Shown here: in pieces, positions 28,330 through 39,105 of the stretch
Position numbering within the stretch: the first letter of the stretch is position 1
Layout: each line of letters starts with the position of its first letter
IMG/VR virus record: IMGVR_UViG_3300034072_002256
Location: 1-64,000 of that record
Strand: one strand, 5' to 3'
From: a virus
Length of the DNA stretch: 64,000 nucleotides
Notes under the pieces: generated by a model
Seen by the model: only the letters and a program-made list of their open reading frames with translations
Databases searched by the model: none
Told to the model about the DNA's origin: nothing
Program-made: the position numbers and the translations under genes

Positions 28330-28755
28330 ATGAAATTCCAACTGACCGCTTTAAAACAACAGCAATTCAAAGCCGCGATTTGTGCCCGTATTCCGACGGA
28401 CAAGATTGATGACAAAGGCAACACCGTGTTTGGTGAGGCGCATTTCGTTGGTCTGTTTAAAACCCAGCCGATCTCCTTTGCTCGCGAGCAGTTCGAGCAG
28501 CTGGAAGTCCTTCGCGAAAGTGGCGATACCAAAGGCGCTTTATCACTGGCCGCCAAGCAGCTGGACGATGCTTTTATTGGTTTTGAAAAACACCCATCAC
28601 ACGATTTCCCGTTCTTAGACGGCGACGAGCCGATTGCCTGCACTCCGGACAGCATCAAAGCGCTGCTGGATATCAAAGAAGTGCGCGAAGCCATTCAGGA
28701 CGCATTTAACACAGCGCGCTCCGGAGATGTCCTCACAAAAAACTCGAAGAAGTAG
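28330..28755 (+). CDS. Tail assembly chaperone (G-like)
   Basis: Synteny; ends in slippery A AAA AAC. Confidence 0.8.
   Translation: MKFQLTALKQQQFKAAICARIPTDKIDDKGNTVFGEAHFVGLFKTQPISFAREQFEQLEVLRESGDTKGALSLAAKQLDDAFIGFEKHPSHDFPFLDGDEPIACTPDSIKALLDIKEVREAIQDAFNTARSGDVLTKNSKK
28737..28743 (+). other. -1 ribosomal frameshift site AAAAAAC
   Basis: In-frame X XXY YYZ heptamer; the -1 frame is open into the 28797-29108 ORF. Confidence 0.8.
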
Positions 28756-29108
28756 CGACCTGGTGGGCCGGTGGTGCAACCAGCAAGGCAAGCCTGGTGC
28801 GAGAGCGCATGGAAGCCATGGGAGCGCCGCCGGAAGCCATCGAGGCCGCTACGACCGGAATTGATACGACCCCGGATATCCAGCCGGGAAATCTGATGAC
28901 CGTGCAGGTGTTTTTTGCGGTGTCGACCCAGTGGGTGCATGCCGGCATGTCCGGTGTCCGGGTCGGCCTGAACTACCCGGCGGTTGAAGCCAGATGCCGC
29001 GTGATGCCCGATTACCAGGCATTAGAACTGGATGAGCAGAACCTGATTTGGTCAGGGCTGCAGCGGATGGAAAAAGCCGCGCTGGAAGTCTGGCGCAGTA
29101 AAGACTGA
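28740..29108 (+). CDS. Tail assembly chaperone frameshift extension (GT-like, DUF1799-like)
   Basis: FFAVSTQW..GLNYPAV...LQRMEKAAL. Confidence 0.75.
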   Translation, partial: KLEEVATWWAGGATSKASLVRERMEAMGAPPEAIEAATTGIDTTPDIQPGNLMTVQVFFAVSTQWVHAGMSGVRVGLNYPAVEARCRVMPDYQALELDEQNLIWSGLQRMEKAALEVWRSKD

Positions 29109-29119
29109 TGTAAGGATGG

Positions 29120-32100
29120 ATGATGAGTGACTTAACCTTAGCGATCAAATTGACCACAACCGGTGGCCAGGTGGTGGTTAAGGATATTGCCTCAATCAAC
29201 GCGGCGGCAAAGTCAGCAGCGGTCTCACTGGATGGCATTGGCGAGGCTGGCAGCGAAGCCGGCGAGGGCTTAGAGCAGACTGCCAAAAGCGGGAAAGCCG
29301 GCGCGCAGAGCCTCAAACAAACCGGTGAGGCGGCCGCTGCAGCCAAACGTGGTCTCTTACAAACCAGCGAAGGCGCGGACGCATTAAGCCGTCAGGCGAA
29401 ACAAGCCGATGCGGATTTAAACAGTCTGCGCGGTCAAATGCTGGCCATGGTCGGCGTTGGTGCGGCGTTTTATGGCGCACTGGCTGCAGGCTCTGGTCTG
29501 GTCGACTTTGCTTACCTGGCCGATGATTTCAATACGCTGCAGCAGCGCATCAAGACAGCCACCAAAGAGACCCATGATTACAATCAGGTCTCCGCTGAGA
29601 TGTATGCCATTGCCCAGCGAAACGGTGCAGAGCTTCAGTCGACCGTTGAGCTGTTTCAGCGCTTAAGCTCCAGCCGTAAAGACCTCAAAGCCACGAATGA
29701 TCAGATGCTGCAGTTTACCGATGCCGTGCAAAAGCTGGGTGTCATTGGTGGCAGCAGTAATGATGCCATGGCCAATGGCCTGATGCAGTTAAGTCAGGGT
29801 TTATCGGGTGGCATTCTGCGGGCCGAAGAATTTAACTCAATCCTGGAGAACATCCCGGAGCTTGCTGTTCGCATTGGTGCCGGTATGGATGACATCGGTA
29901 AAAGCAGCAAAGAGCTGGGCCTTGGCGACCTTCGCAAGCTGGTGCTGGCCGGCGAACTGCTGTCCAAAGATGTCTTAAACAGTATCCTGGTGCAGCTGCC
30001 ACAAATCCGCGCTGAGTTCGAACAGATGCCGGTAAGCCTCAGCCGCGCCTCTCAGATGATGGAAAACAGCTGGTCAAAAGCTGCCGCACAGCTTGATTTA
30101 ATGCTGGGCCTCTCCACTAGCATGGCCGGGCTTTTCCAGCAAATTTCCAAAGATTTAGACGCCTTTAGCACGGGCGACTTAGATAGTTTGTCCCCAACCA
30201 TGCAGGCGACTATTGAGACCGCAGAGCTTCTGATTTACATCCTGGGCACAGCTGCAGTGGTGGCCATGGGGCGCTATGCAGCGTCAGTAATTGCCAGTGT
30301 GCAGGCTCAGCTGCTGGCCAATACCCAAGCCATCCGCACGGTCTCTGCGCTTGGTCTGGTAACCACAGTGACCGGCACCGCCACGGTCGCGACCAACGCT
30401 CTTGCGATGGCGCAGCGCCTGCTGCTTGGTCCGGTGGGGTTGGGGCTTACGGCCATCAGTGCGCTGGCGGTCGCCTTTGGGGTCTATAAAGACCGGGCGG
30501 CAGAAACTGCACAGAAAAATGCAGAGCTGACTGCCAGCTTTAAAACGCTTACTGCTGCCGCCCAGGAAAACACGATTTCGCAATACAAGCAGCAGCTGCA
30601 GGACGTTCAGCAAGCGCTTGCCGAGGCGCAGAAAGAGCTGCAAAGCTCGATGAACAAAGCGCCCACCGGTCAGTTTGGTGGCTTTGGTGACCTCGCTGGT
30701 CATTCCGCCAAAGTGGCTGAGTTAAAGGCCAAGCAAGCGGAACTGAAAAGCACCATTGAAGCGCTGAGCACCGCGCAAAAGGCAGGAAAAGCCGATGCCG
30801 ATGCGATGGCCGAAGCCACCGCCAATCTTGGCGCGCACTCAGCCTCCAGCGCCGACAATATGCTCAAACTCTATAACGCACAGATGCTGTCCGCTCAGGC
30901 GGTGGATGCACAGGGCCGGGCACTGGCTGGCGTTGATTTAGAACTCTTTAAAGCGCAGTTCGTTGAAGCCAAAGAGCTGCCCAAAGAAGCGGCTGCTGCT
31001 ATCCGTGAATTTGCTCAGACCGCCAAAAACGCGGCAACAGCGCTTGATTTGTCCAAAGCCCTCACCAGCCTTCGTACTGAAAACAGCCTACTTAAAATCA
31101 AAAACGCTGAGGGCGAGCGGGCCTATCAAATTGCAAAAGTCCTGAGTCAATACCAGGGCGCGCCAGAGAAGTTATTGGCGGCCCTTCGCCAGGAACTGCA
31201 GCTGCAGATGTCGCTCAATCAACTGAAAGAGCAGCAGGACTATTTAAAGAATATCCAGCAAGAGAATGATTTGCTGGTGGTTCGCATTCAAAAGGGCGAG
31301 CAGGAATATCAACTCCAAAAAGCAATTCGCCAATTAAAGGCAGACGATCCGGCCTTTATTGCTGCGCTTGAAAAAGAAATCACCCGGCAAAAAGAGCTGA
31401 ACGAACAATTAGAGCTGCAGAAGTATTTTAAAGATGGTGGCTTTGATGCGGCGTTAGATAGTTTGACCCAAATGGGCCGGATTGGTGGCGAAGTCGGCAA
31501 TGTGCTGATTGATTCCTTTGGTGACTTGGCCAATGTGTTGGAGCACATGACCGAGCAGCAGGATGATTTCACCAAAGCCTTTAAAAAGCTCAGCGAAGAG
31601 CGCGCTAAAGCCAGCAAACTGGACGACCCAGCCAAAAAAGAAGCGGCCCTTAAAAAAGTATCGGCCACTGAACAAGATTTAATGCGCAAGCAAACCCAGG
31701 CGCAGCTTGGCAGTTATGCCAGCATCGCCGGCGCGGCCAGCAAGATGTTCAGTGAGAACAGCAAAGGCCGCGAAGCCTTGCACCGCATGGAAATGGTCTT
31801 TACTGCGGCTGAAATCGCTCTGGCTATTCAAAAGGCTGCAGCCAATGCGCTGGCAGCTATCACCAATCAAGGTAATGGCGATCCATACACGGCTTTTGCC
31901 CGCATTGCGGCAATGGCGGCGCTGATGGCAGGTCTTGGCGTCTTCAGTGGCTCCGCATCCGGCAGCGCGCCGAGTGCTGCCCAGCGCCAGGAAACGCAGA
32001 GCACCGGCACTGTGCTTGGTGATAGCAGCGCCAAATCTGAGTCTATCGCCAATGCGCTAGGCCGGATTGAAGACTTAGAACTGGACCAATACGCCGAGCT

Positions 32101-34975
32101 GCGCTCGATTAACGGCAGCATCCGCGAACTCTCTGCCGGCATTAAAAACTTGGCCGTCAACCTGGTCGCCAGTTACGGCCGTTTCAATGAGTCTAATTAC
32201 CCTGGGGAGCTGGGTAAAGACTACAACCTGCAGCTGGGGAGCGGCTTGGCTTCTGTGGTCGGCGGCGGTGTGATTGGCCTGGTCGCAGATAAGCTACTGG
32301 GCGGTCTTGTCGGTGGCCTTACCAATAAACTGCTCGGCGGGCTGTTTGGCTCAACCAAAAAAGAGCTGGTCGACAGTGGTCTCTCGTTTGGTGCTCAGGA
32401 ACTCGGTGACATCATCAGCACGGGCCTGATGAATGCCACGGTTTATGACGTGATCAAAACCACGAAAAAGAAACTGTTTGGCCTCAGTAAATCATCAAGC
32501 GAATCCACCGAATATCGCGCCATTGATAACGCGCTTCGAAGCGAGTTTGCCCGCATCTTTGCCCACATGGGCGAGTCTGTGACTGAAGCCGTCAGTCTCC
32601 TTGGTCTTGAGACCAACAAGACGTTGGAATCGTTTGTTATCAATCTGCCGGCGCTGTCGTTTAAAGATCTCAAAGGCGATGAAATCGAAAAAGAGCTGCA
32701 GGCGATGTTCAGCCAGCAGGGCGATTTGATGGTGCAGTACCTGGTGCCAGGCATCGCAGAGTTCCAGAAAATGGGTGAAGGCTTATATGACACCCTCATC
32801 CGGGTTGCCCAGGAACAAGCGGTGTTTAATGCGGCCATGAGCAATCTGGGCCTGCAGCTCAGCCGGTTCTCCGGCGTGACCAAAGCCGTGGAGCTTGAAG
32901 TTGCGCAGGCGCTGATTGAACTCATGGGCGGGATTGAGGAATTCCAGAGCGCGACCAGCACCTATTTCAGTGAGTTTTATAACGAGTCCGAGCAGCTGCA
33001 GGCCATCACCAAAAACCTGCAGGCACAGTTCACATCGCTCGGTGTGGCCATGCCGGCAAGCCGTGATGGCTTTAAAGACTTGATTGATGGTCTGGATCTG
33101 ACCACCGACGCCGGCCAGGCAATGTTCGCGGCCCTGATGAAGCTGGTGCCAATGATGGATGAATTCTATGACGCGGCAGAGCGCGCCGCCGAGGAAGAAA
33201 AACAGCGCCTGCAGGATAAAGCCGCATTGGAGAAATCCTTTGCAGATCAGCTCGCCAAAATGGGCATGTCTGATGTGCAAAAGTCATTGTTTGACCTCAA
33301 TGCCTGGTTTGAAGAGCAGAAAAAGGCCGCTGAAGAAGTCGGCGCCGATACGGTTTTTCTGGAACGCCTGTATGGCCGTAAACGCCAGGAGCTGTTTGAC
33401 CAGCAACTGGCGGCCATCAACAGCAAGGCAGAGCAGGAACTGTCAGCCCTTAAAACCAAGTTTGAAAGCCTGTTTAACAGCTTAAAACAGCTCGGTGAAA
33501 GTCTGACAGGATCCATGCTGGAAGTTCGCCGGCAGATGTCCGGCTGGGATGAATCTGGTTATCAGCAGAGCCAAATTGCCGCCCTCAAAGCCGGCCTTGG
33601 CCAAGGCTCGATTGAAGAGCAGATGTCCCAGGTATCGCGGCTGCAATCGGCTGTGATGGCGCGCTACAACGCCGAAATGGCCGCTAACAACCAGCTGCTG
33701 CAAAGCCAGCTGCAGGCGATTGACTCGTTAAAATCCAACTACCAGGCATTTGTCAGCCAAATGCAGGCCGCAAAATCCGCCCTGGCTGATTCGATGTTAT
33801 CCATTCGCCGGCAAATGCCTGGCTGGAATGAGGTCAGCTATCAACGCGGCAATATCAGCAGCCTTCGCGCCAATGTGGGCAAGGGCAGCACGACTGAGCA
33901 GCTGACGAACCTGCAGCAGTTGCAGCAAGCCATCATGGACCGCTACAACGCGGAACTGTCCCAGCAGCAAGCCCTGCAATCTGCAGCGGAATCGCGCTAC
34001 CAGACGGACATGGCTGCCTATGAGGCGGCACAAGCAGCGGCCCGGCAATTACTGGCTGCAGCGGATGCGCTGCTGTTAAGCGACTTGTCGCCGGCAAAAA
34101 TGGGCGAACAGTTTGGTGAAGCCCAGAGCCAGTTTAATGCGCTGCTCTCCAAAGCCAAGTCTGGTGATACCGATGCGATGTCCCAGCTCTCTCAGGTGGG
34201 AAATGACTACCTCAGTATTGCTCGCGATTACTACAGCAGCGGCAGCAGTGAGTATGCGTCCATCTTTAACCAGGTGCAGGCTGCCTATCGTAGTTTCGCC
34301 GGCACAGCCAACGGCACTGATAATTCAGTGCCGCGCCCGGTGCTGCAGTTCCAGGCGCAATCACTAGAGCTTCAGACCGGTACGCTCGCCGAACTCGAAG
34401 AGTTGCAAAAGCTGATGGACGAACTCGCCAAAAAGGCTGAGGAAGAACAAAAGGCAGAGCTGGAGAAAGCGGAAGCGCTACTGAAGGCTTACCAGGACAA
34501 AACGGTGGAACTGCAAAGCGGCGCGCTTGATGAACTCAAGGCACTGAAACTTGTGCAGGAAAAACTGGCTGAGCAGGCCCAGGCAGCCTATGCCGCAGAG
34601 CAGGCCAAGATCCTTGCAAAACAGGATGAGGAAATTGCCAACCTAAAAGCCTTATTTGACCAATCGGATGCGACCATCGGCAACAAGCTCGATGGCATCG
34701 CTGCAGCGATTTTAGACCTCGATTTGGCGCCAGTGATTGTGATCCCGCCAGTGGTCGTGACGCCACCGGCAGCGACATCAGATGCAACAGATGGCCTGCA
34801 AAACGCAGGCGCGCCGGTGGTGCGTGATGGCACCAATCCGATTGTGGACGCGCTCGATACGCTGAATCAATCCCAGCAACAGCAGACCGATACGCTTCGC
34901 CGGGAGCTGGCTGATATGCGCCGTGAACTGGCCCGCACACAGGAAATGGCGATGAGTGCGCGGAGGCTGGCATGA
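29120..34975 (+). CDS. Tape measure protein
   Basis: 1951 aa, Ala/Gln-rich helical, QLSQGLSGGILRAEEFNSILEN motif. Confidence 0.93.
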   Translation: MMSDLTLAIKLTTTGGQVVVKDIASINAAAKSAAVSLDGIGEAGSEAGEGLEQTAKSGKAGAQSLKQTGEAAAAAKRGLLQTSEGADALSRQAKQADADLNSLRGQMLAMVGVGAAFYGALAAGSGLVDFAYLADDFNTLQQRIKTATKETHDYNQVSAEMYAIAQRNGAELQSTVELFQRLSSSRKDLKATNDQMLQFTDAVQKLGVIGGSSNDAMANGLMQLSQGLSGGILRAEEFNSILENIPELAVRIGAGMDDIGKSSKELGLGDLRKLVLAGELLSKDVLNSILVQLPQIRAEFEQMPVSLSRASQMMENSWSKAAAQLDLMLGLSTSMAGLFQQISKDLDAFSTGDLDSLSPTMQATIETAELLIYILGTAAVVAMGRYAASVIASVQAQLLANTQAIRTVSALGLVTTVTGTATVATNALAMAQRLLLGPVGLGLTAISALAVAFGVYKDRAAETAQKNAELTASFKTLTAAAQENTISQYKQQLQDVQQALAEAQKELQSSMNKAPTGQFGGFGDLAGHSAKVAELKAKQAELKSTIEALSTAQKAGKADADAMAEATANLGAHSASSADNMLKLYNAQMLSAQAVDAQGRALAGVDLELFKAQFVEAKELPKEAAAAIREFAQTAKNAATALDLSKALTSLRTENSLLKIKNAEGERAYQIAKVLSQYQGAPEKLLAALRQELQLQMSLNQLKEQQDYLKNIQQENDLLVVRIQKGEQEYQLQKAIRQLKADDPAFIAALEKEITRQKELNEQLELQKYFKDGGFDAALDSLTQMGRIGGEVGNVLIDSFGDLANVLEHMTEQQDDFTKAFKKLSEERAKASKLDDPAKKEAALKKVSATEQDLMRKQTQAQLGSYASIAGAASKMFSENSKGREALHRMEMVFTAAEIALAIQKAAANALAAITNQGNGDPYTAFARIAAMAALMAGLGVFSGSASGSAPSAAQRQETQSTGTVLGDSSAKSESIANALGRIEDLELDQYAELRSINGSIRELSAGIKNLAVNLVASYGRFNESNYPGELGKDYNLQLGSGLASVVGGGVIGLVADKLLGGLVGGLTNKLLGGLFGSTKKELVDSGLSFGAQELGDIISTGLMNATVYDVIKTTKKKLFGLSKSSSESTEYRAIDNALRSEFARIFAHMGESVTEAVSLLGLETNKTLESFVINLPALSFKDLKGDEIEKELQAMFSQQGDLMVQYLVPGIAEFQKMGEGLYDTLIRVAQEQAVFNAAMSNLGLQLSRFSGVTKAVELEVAQALIELMGGIEEFQSATSTYFSEFYNESEQLQAITKNLQAQFTSLGVAMPASRDGFKDLIDGLDLTTDAGQAMFAALMKLVPMMDEFYDAAERAAEEEKQRLQDKAALEKSFADQLAKMGMSDVQKSLFDLNAWFEEQKKAAEEVGADTVFLERLYGRKRQELFDQQLAAINSKAEQELSALKTKFESLFNSLKQLGESLTGSMLEVRRQMSGWDESGYQQSQIAALKAGLGQGSIEEQMSQVSRLQSAVMARYNAEMAANNQLLQSQLQAIDSLKSNYQAFVSQMQAAKSALADSMLSIRRQMPGWNEVSYQRGNISSLRANVGKGSTTEQLTNLQQLQQAIMDRYNAELSQQQALQSAAESRYQTDMAAYEAAQAAARQLLAAADALLLSDLSPAKMGEQFGEAQSQFNALLSKAKSGDTDAMSQLSQVGNDYLSIARDYYSSGSSEYASIFNQVQAAYRSFAGTANGTDNSVPRPVLQFQAQSLELQTGTLAELEELQKLMDELAKKAEEEQKAELEKAEALLKAYQDKTVELQSGALDELKALKLVQEKLAEQAQAAYAAEQAKILAKQDEEIANLKALFDQSDATIGNKLDGIAAAILDLDLAPVIVIPPVVVTPPAATSDATDGLQNAGAPVVRDGTNPIVDALDTLNQSQQQQTDTLRRELADMRRELARTQEMAMSARRLA

Positions 34976-36399
34976 GTTTCGCGCAGTGGATAAAGCTACC
35001 GGCCCTCGACCGTTGTTACCTGCTGGAAGTGTCTTATCGCCTTGCTGGCCAGTTGTATGTGCTGCGCCGTTCGACGCATCCGTATCGGACGCACCCTGGC
35101 GATACGCCGGCACTCACGCCATACCCGGACACTATTTTGCAGTTGCCGGAATTTGAACGTGACATGACCGAAGTCTTTGCCGGCTTTAGTCGCACCGGGT
35201 TTGGTGATCTGCAGCTTTTCCTCGATGACGATATCCAGATGCTGATTGACTCCGCCAACGTGGCCGGCATGAGTGTGACGCTGCGCTGTGGTGACATGAG
35301 CTGGCCATTATCAGACTTTGGGGTGGTGCTTTCAGGTGCTCGGGTGGAACAGCTCGATGCAGTCAGTAGTGATACAGCGCGCCTTAGCTTCAAAGACGCG
35401 GCAGCGCTTTTCGATACGCCGGTCCCAAGGGCCACCATCAGCACCGGGCCAAATGCCGGCAAGCCAGTGCCCCTGACATACGGCCGCTGCTTTAACGTGA
35501 GTCCTGAGCTGATTAACGAAGCGACGCGCACTTACCAGGTCCATGATGGCGCGGTACAGGCCATCACTTCGGTGCGGGAAAATGGCCTCGCCATTCCTTA
35601 CACCGCGAACCTCGCCGCCGGCACTTTTACTCTGACGAACAATGCCAAAGGTCGCATTACAGCAGACGTTGATGGCGCGGTGGTGAGCAGTACCTGGTTG
35701 CAGTCAGCCAAACAAATTATTGATGCCCTGATTAGCCGGATAGGCATTGCGCCTTCAACCGGCACACTGCCGGGTTATGCACTGGGCCTTTTTATCGGCC
35801 GGGACCAAACCCTGAAATCTGCACTGGATGATTTGGTGTCATCGGTGGGCGGTTCCTGGGCATTTAACCGGGCAGGCCAACTTGTTTTAACGACTTTTAA
35901 TGCCCCGTTAAACCCAACTGCGATGCTTACGGCAGACGATATCGCTGACGCAAGTCTGTTACCGCGCCGCCGCTTAGCACCTGCCAAAAGTGTGAAGCTT
36001 GGGTATCGGCGCAACTGGACACCGCAGGCTGATGGCCTTGCCGGCAGTGTGCGCGAAACGATGCCGGGACAAGCTGCGCTTTATGAGGCTCAGGAGAGCC
36101 TGGTCACTGCCATTAATCCTGATAACCCGGACTATCCGGATGCGGCGGTTATTAGTCACAGCACCCTGATTGCGAGCCAGGCGGATGCACAGACTGAAGC
36201 AAGCCGGCGGGCAGTTTTAGGTGCAGTTCCCCGGACGGTCTTTGAACTCAGTGCCTTTACCGCACCGCTTGCGATGGAGCTTGGCCAAGTCGTGCAGGTG
36301 ACATATCCGCAGTATTTCGAGGCAGGCGCGCCTGCAGTCATTACCCGCATTGTTGATGTGCTTTCTGACAATACCTGCAAGCTGGAGATTTACCGATGA
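34972..36399 (+). CDS. Tail tip/hub structural protein
   Basis: Follows TMP; GKPVPLTYGRCFNVSP. Confidence 0.7.
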   Translation: MSFAQWIKLPALDRCYLLEVSYRLAGQLYVLRRSTHPYRTHPGDTPALTPYPDTILQLPEFERDMTEVFAGFSRTGFGDLQLFLDDDIQMLIDSANVAGMSVTLRCGDMSWPLSDFGVVLSGARVEQLDAVSSDTARLSFKDAAALFDTPVPRATISTGPNAGKPVPLTYGRCFNVSPELINEATRTYQVHDGAVQAITSVRENGLAIPYTANLAAGTFTLTNNAKGRITADVDGAVVSSTWLQSAKQIIDALISRIGIAPSTGTLPGYALGLFIGRDQTLKSALDDLVSSVGGSWAFNRAGQLVLTTFNAPLNPTAMLTADDIADASLLPRRRLAPAKSVKLGYRRNWTPQADGLAGSVRETMPGQAALYEAQESLVTAINPDNPDYPDAAVISHSTLIASQADAQTEASRRAVLGAVPRTVFELSAFTAPLAMELGQVVQVTYPQYFEAGAPAVITRIVDVLSDNTCKLEIYR

Positions 36400-37238
36400 A
36401 CCGCATCCGGATGCTGGTCAAAAACTTATGGGATATGGCCGCGCTGACGTTGGAGCAGGGCGGTGCTGTCGGGACTTTACCGCTCTCGAATAGCCAGCGT
36501 TATGGCAAATCATTAACTGCAGCAATCACCCCTGTTGCCGGCAATTCAGCGGTAGTTTTCACGTTACCGGAAATGTCTCTGGCCAGTGGCCTGGTGATTT
36601 ACCGGCACTGGCTAAGTAACGCCGGCAAGTGGCGCGTGGAGCTGTTTGATGGCCCGAACGCCACTGGCACGAAGGTCTATGACTCTGCACTTTTGGACGC
36701 TGTGGCGACTAAATCACTTGGTGAGCTGGACTGGCTGGTCGACCCGCTCATAGCAAGTCCCTTTGATGCCTGGCCGTTTAAATTCAGCCAGCATTGGTTC
36801 TCACCGCAGTTTTTTCGCTCTGGGCGTCTCTCGATTTCAGATGCGGATGGCCGGGACGGGTTACATGAGTTTGACCGGATTTACTTAGGTCAGGTGTTTG
36901 AGCCATCGGTCAATTTCAGCTGGGGTGCTGGCCATCAGTGGCAAAGCACAGAGCGTCAGTATGTGACGGCTGCCGGCAGTGTGTTTGCCAATGAGCGCAT
37001 CAAAACCCGCGAAATTAAATTCACGTTGGACCATTTATCAGAGTTGGAGCGGCCGCACTTGTCGGCAGCTATTCGCACGGTGGGGATCTCAAAGGATTGG
37101 TTTATCAGCCTGTATCCGGAAGCCGCCACGGTGAAAGAAATCGAGTACGCCATGAGCTGCAAGTTCACAGCGCTACCCGGCCTTACCAACACTCACTTTA
37201 ACAACTACGCCGCGCCATTCGCGGTACGGGAGGCATGA
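36396..37238 (+). CDS. Tail tip structural protein
   Basis: Synteny; overlapping start. Confidence 0.65.
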   Translation: MNRIRMLVKNLWDMAALTLEQGGAVGTLPLSNSQRYGKSLTAAITPVAGNSAVVFTLPEMSLASGLVIYRHWLSNAGKWRVELFDGPNATGTKVYDSALLDAVATKSLGELDWLVDPLIASPFDAWPFKFSQHWFSPQFFRSGRLSISDADGRDGLHEFDRIYLGQVFEPSVNFSWGAGHQWQSTERQYVTAAGSVFANERIKTREIKFTLDHLSELERPHLSAAIRTVGISKDWFISLYPEAATVKEIEYAMSCKFTALPGLTNTHFNNYAAPFAVREA

Positions 37239-38155
37239 TGACGGCTTTAGTAAAACCCGCCGTTGTTTTTGAACTAACAGACCGGGGCGGAGATTACTTC
37301 GCTAAGCTCCAGGCATTAGCTACCGGTGTGGATACCGCCTTTGAAGCATACAACCAGCAGCTGGCTGCAGCACAAACCGCTGAACAAATTAGCCAGGCGA
37401 CCGCGCAACTGTATCAACAAACGTCTGATTTGGTTGAAGAGGCCCAAGGTTATGTTACTCAGGTTTACAACGCTATTGGTACTGCAGGGAATTCCGCTCA
37501 ATATGCAGCTCAGCTGCTGACTGCCCGGCTTATTGCGGGGGTGCCTTTTAATGGTACGCAAAACATCGTTCTGACAGCTGACAATGTCGGCGCAATGTCG
37601 AAAACTGCCACTGCAGTCACTGATTGGAATAACGCCCTGACAAATGGGGCCTTTTATTCTTTGAGTGGTGCTGCCAACGTGCCCAAAGCTGCGGCAGGCT
37701 GGCAAGGATTTGTTTCAGTGCTAAACGCTGAAAACGTCCGCCAAATCGTCTGGTCAGCTGATGGTCCTGCTGTTGAGATATATAGCCGCTGCGGTGACGG
37801 CACCACACTGGTTTGGGGAGCTTGGGTTTCGCTACGTCATTCTGCGGACCAACTGGATAATACTGACTACATCACAGCCGCATCGTCAATTGCGCGAAAG
37901 GGTGTTGTAACCCGCGCAGCAATTGTTCCTGCTACTGCCTCGGTGACAATCACCATTCCTTCCGGCTACCAGAATAAAGATCGCATCGAATTAGACGTCA
38001 TGGTCCCTGCAGGCCGTCAGATAACTCTGTCGTGTGCACTCAGTATGGATGTTGCAAACGGCACCAATGGCACCAGTCATACCCTGACGGGGCCTGTATC
38101 AGCAACTATTTCCCTCATCAATCGCAGCACATTATGGCAGCTGTTTATTGCCTGA
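37235..38155 (+). CDS. Tail fibre-like protein
   Basis: LLTARLIAGVPFNGTQNIVLTADNVGA fibre motif; DWNNALTNGAFY knob-like segment. Confidence 0.75.
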   Translation: MMTALVKPAVVFELTDRGGDYFAKLQALATGVDTAFEAYNQQLAAAQTAEQISQATAQLYQQTSDLVEEAQGYVTQVYNAIGTAGNSAQYAAQLLTARLIAGVPFNGTQNIVLTADNVGAMSKTATAVTDWNNALTNGAFYSLSGAANVPKAAAGWQGFVSVLNAENVRQIVWSADGPAVEIYSRCGDGTTLVWGAWVSLRHSADQLDNTDYITAASSIARKGVVTRAAIVPATASVTITIPSGYQNKDRIELDVMVPAGRQITLSCALSMDVANGTNGTSHTLTGPVSATISLINRSTLWQLFIA

Positions 38156-38172
38156 TGGCATAGGAGAACGCA

Positions 38173-38577
38173 ATGGAACTTTCAATGTTGCTGGGTGGTG
38201 GAATTAAGAGTAACCAAACAGGTTTCGTCTCAATTTCAAACCCACTATACGGCACCGTAAACGGCGAGGACGGCATCTATATCGATGTAACAATTTCTGC
38301 TGTGGATGTGACCAAATCAATCGCCAATTTTGATGGCAATGTGTTTCTGCGAACGTTAGGAACAAGTAACAGCTCCCTGGGTTTTGGAGTGGATTACATT
38401 CGTGCTCAGACAATTGACAGCAATAATGGCGTCTATCAAGCGCTGCAAAGAGTGCGTGCACGACTTATCAACTCCACCACATTGCGCCTATCAACCATCA
38501 CAAATTTAGCGGCAAGCGAATATACGTTAGGCGACTGCAAATTCATTGGCCGCTGGCAAGTCGTGGAGACCAAATAA
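38173..38577 (+). CDS. Tail fibre-associated protein
   Basis: GGGIKSNQTG...DVTISAVDVTKS...WQVVE. Confidence 0.6.
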   Translation: MELSMLLGGGIKSNQTGFVSISNPLYGTVNGEDGIYIDVTISAVDVTKSIANFDGNVFLRTLGTSNSSLGFGVDYIRAQTIDSNNGVYQALQRVRARLINSTTLRLSTITNLAASEYTLGDCKFIGRWQVVETK

Positions 38578-38578
38578 C

Positions 38579-39094
38579 ATGTTCAGATACGCCATTTTAG
38601 ACGCTAGTGGTTCGGTGATTAGTATCGCTGACTTATCAGGCCCGGTAGACCTTCCAGACTACATCATGCTGAGCGCTGATTCGGATGTGCAGACTGGGGA
38701 CTACTACAACAGGGGCACGGCAGAGTTTAGCCGGCCAGTTCCAATGTTGCCGACGCCGGCACCAAAAATCAGCGAAACCAATCTTGGCCGCAAAATTACC
38801 GCTAATGCATTTCGTGCTCGGTTTGACTGGGATGAGTCTGTGGACTTTGAAAACGCTTTGGCATCAAGTGCAGAGCTTCGGGTTCTGGATAAGCGCCTGC
38901 AGGCCGTTGTTGCCACACATGTTGATTTGGACGACCCGACCTACTCAGCAGTCGCGATGCCGGCATTGGTGACGGCGGGGATCCTAACCTCCGCCAGATC
39001 AGCAGCAATCCTTGCGGCACCCGTGCAGTGGAAAGAATTACCGCCTTCAATCCAGCAGCAGTTCATTGCTGCCGGCTATCAAATCGACGTTTAA
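38579..39094 (+). CDS. Tail fibre assembly-like protein
   Basis: ITANAFRARF...VDLDDP...GILTSARSAAIL. Confidence 0.6.
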   Translation: MFRYAILDASGSVISIADLSGPVDLPDYIMLSADSDVQTGDYYNRGTAEFSRPVPMLPTPAPKISETNLGRKITANAFRARFDWDESVDFENALASSAELRVLDKRLQAVVATHVDLDDPTYSAVAMPALVTAGILTSARSAAILAAPVQWKELPPSIQQQFIAAGYQIDV

Positions 39095-39105
39095 ACAGGG
39101 TTTAA

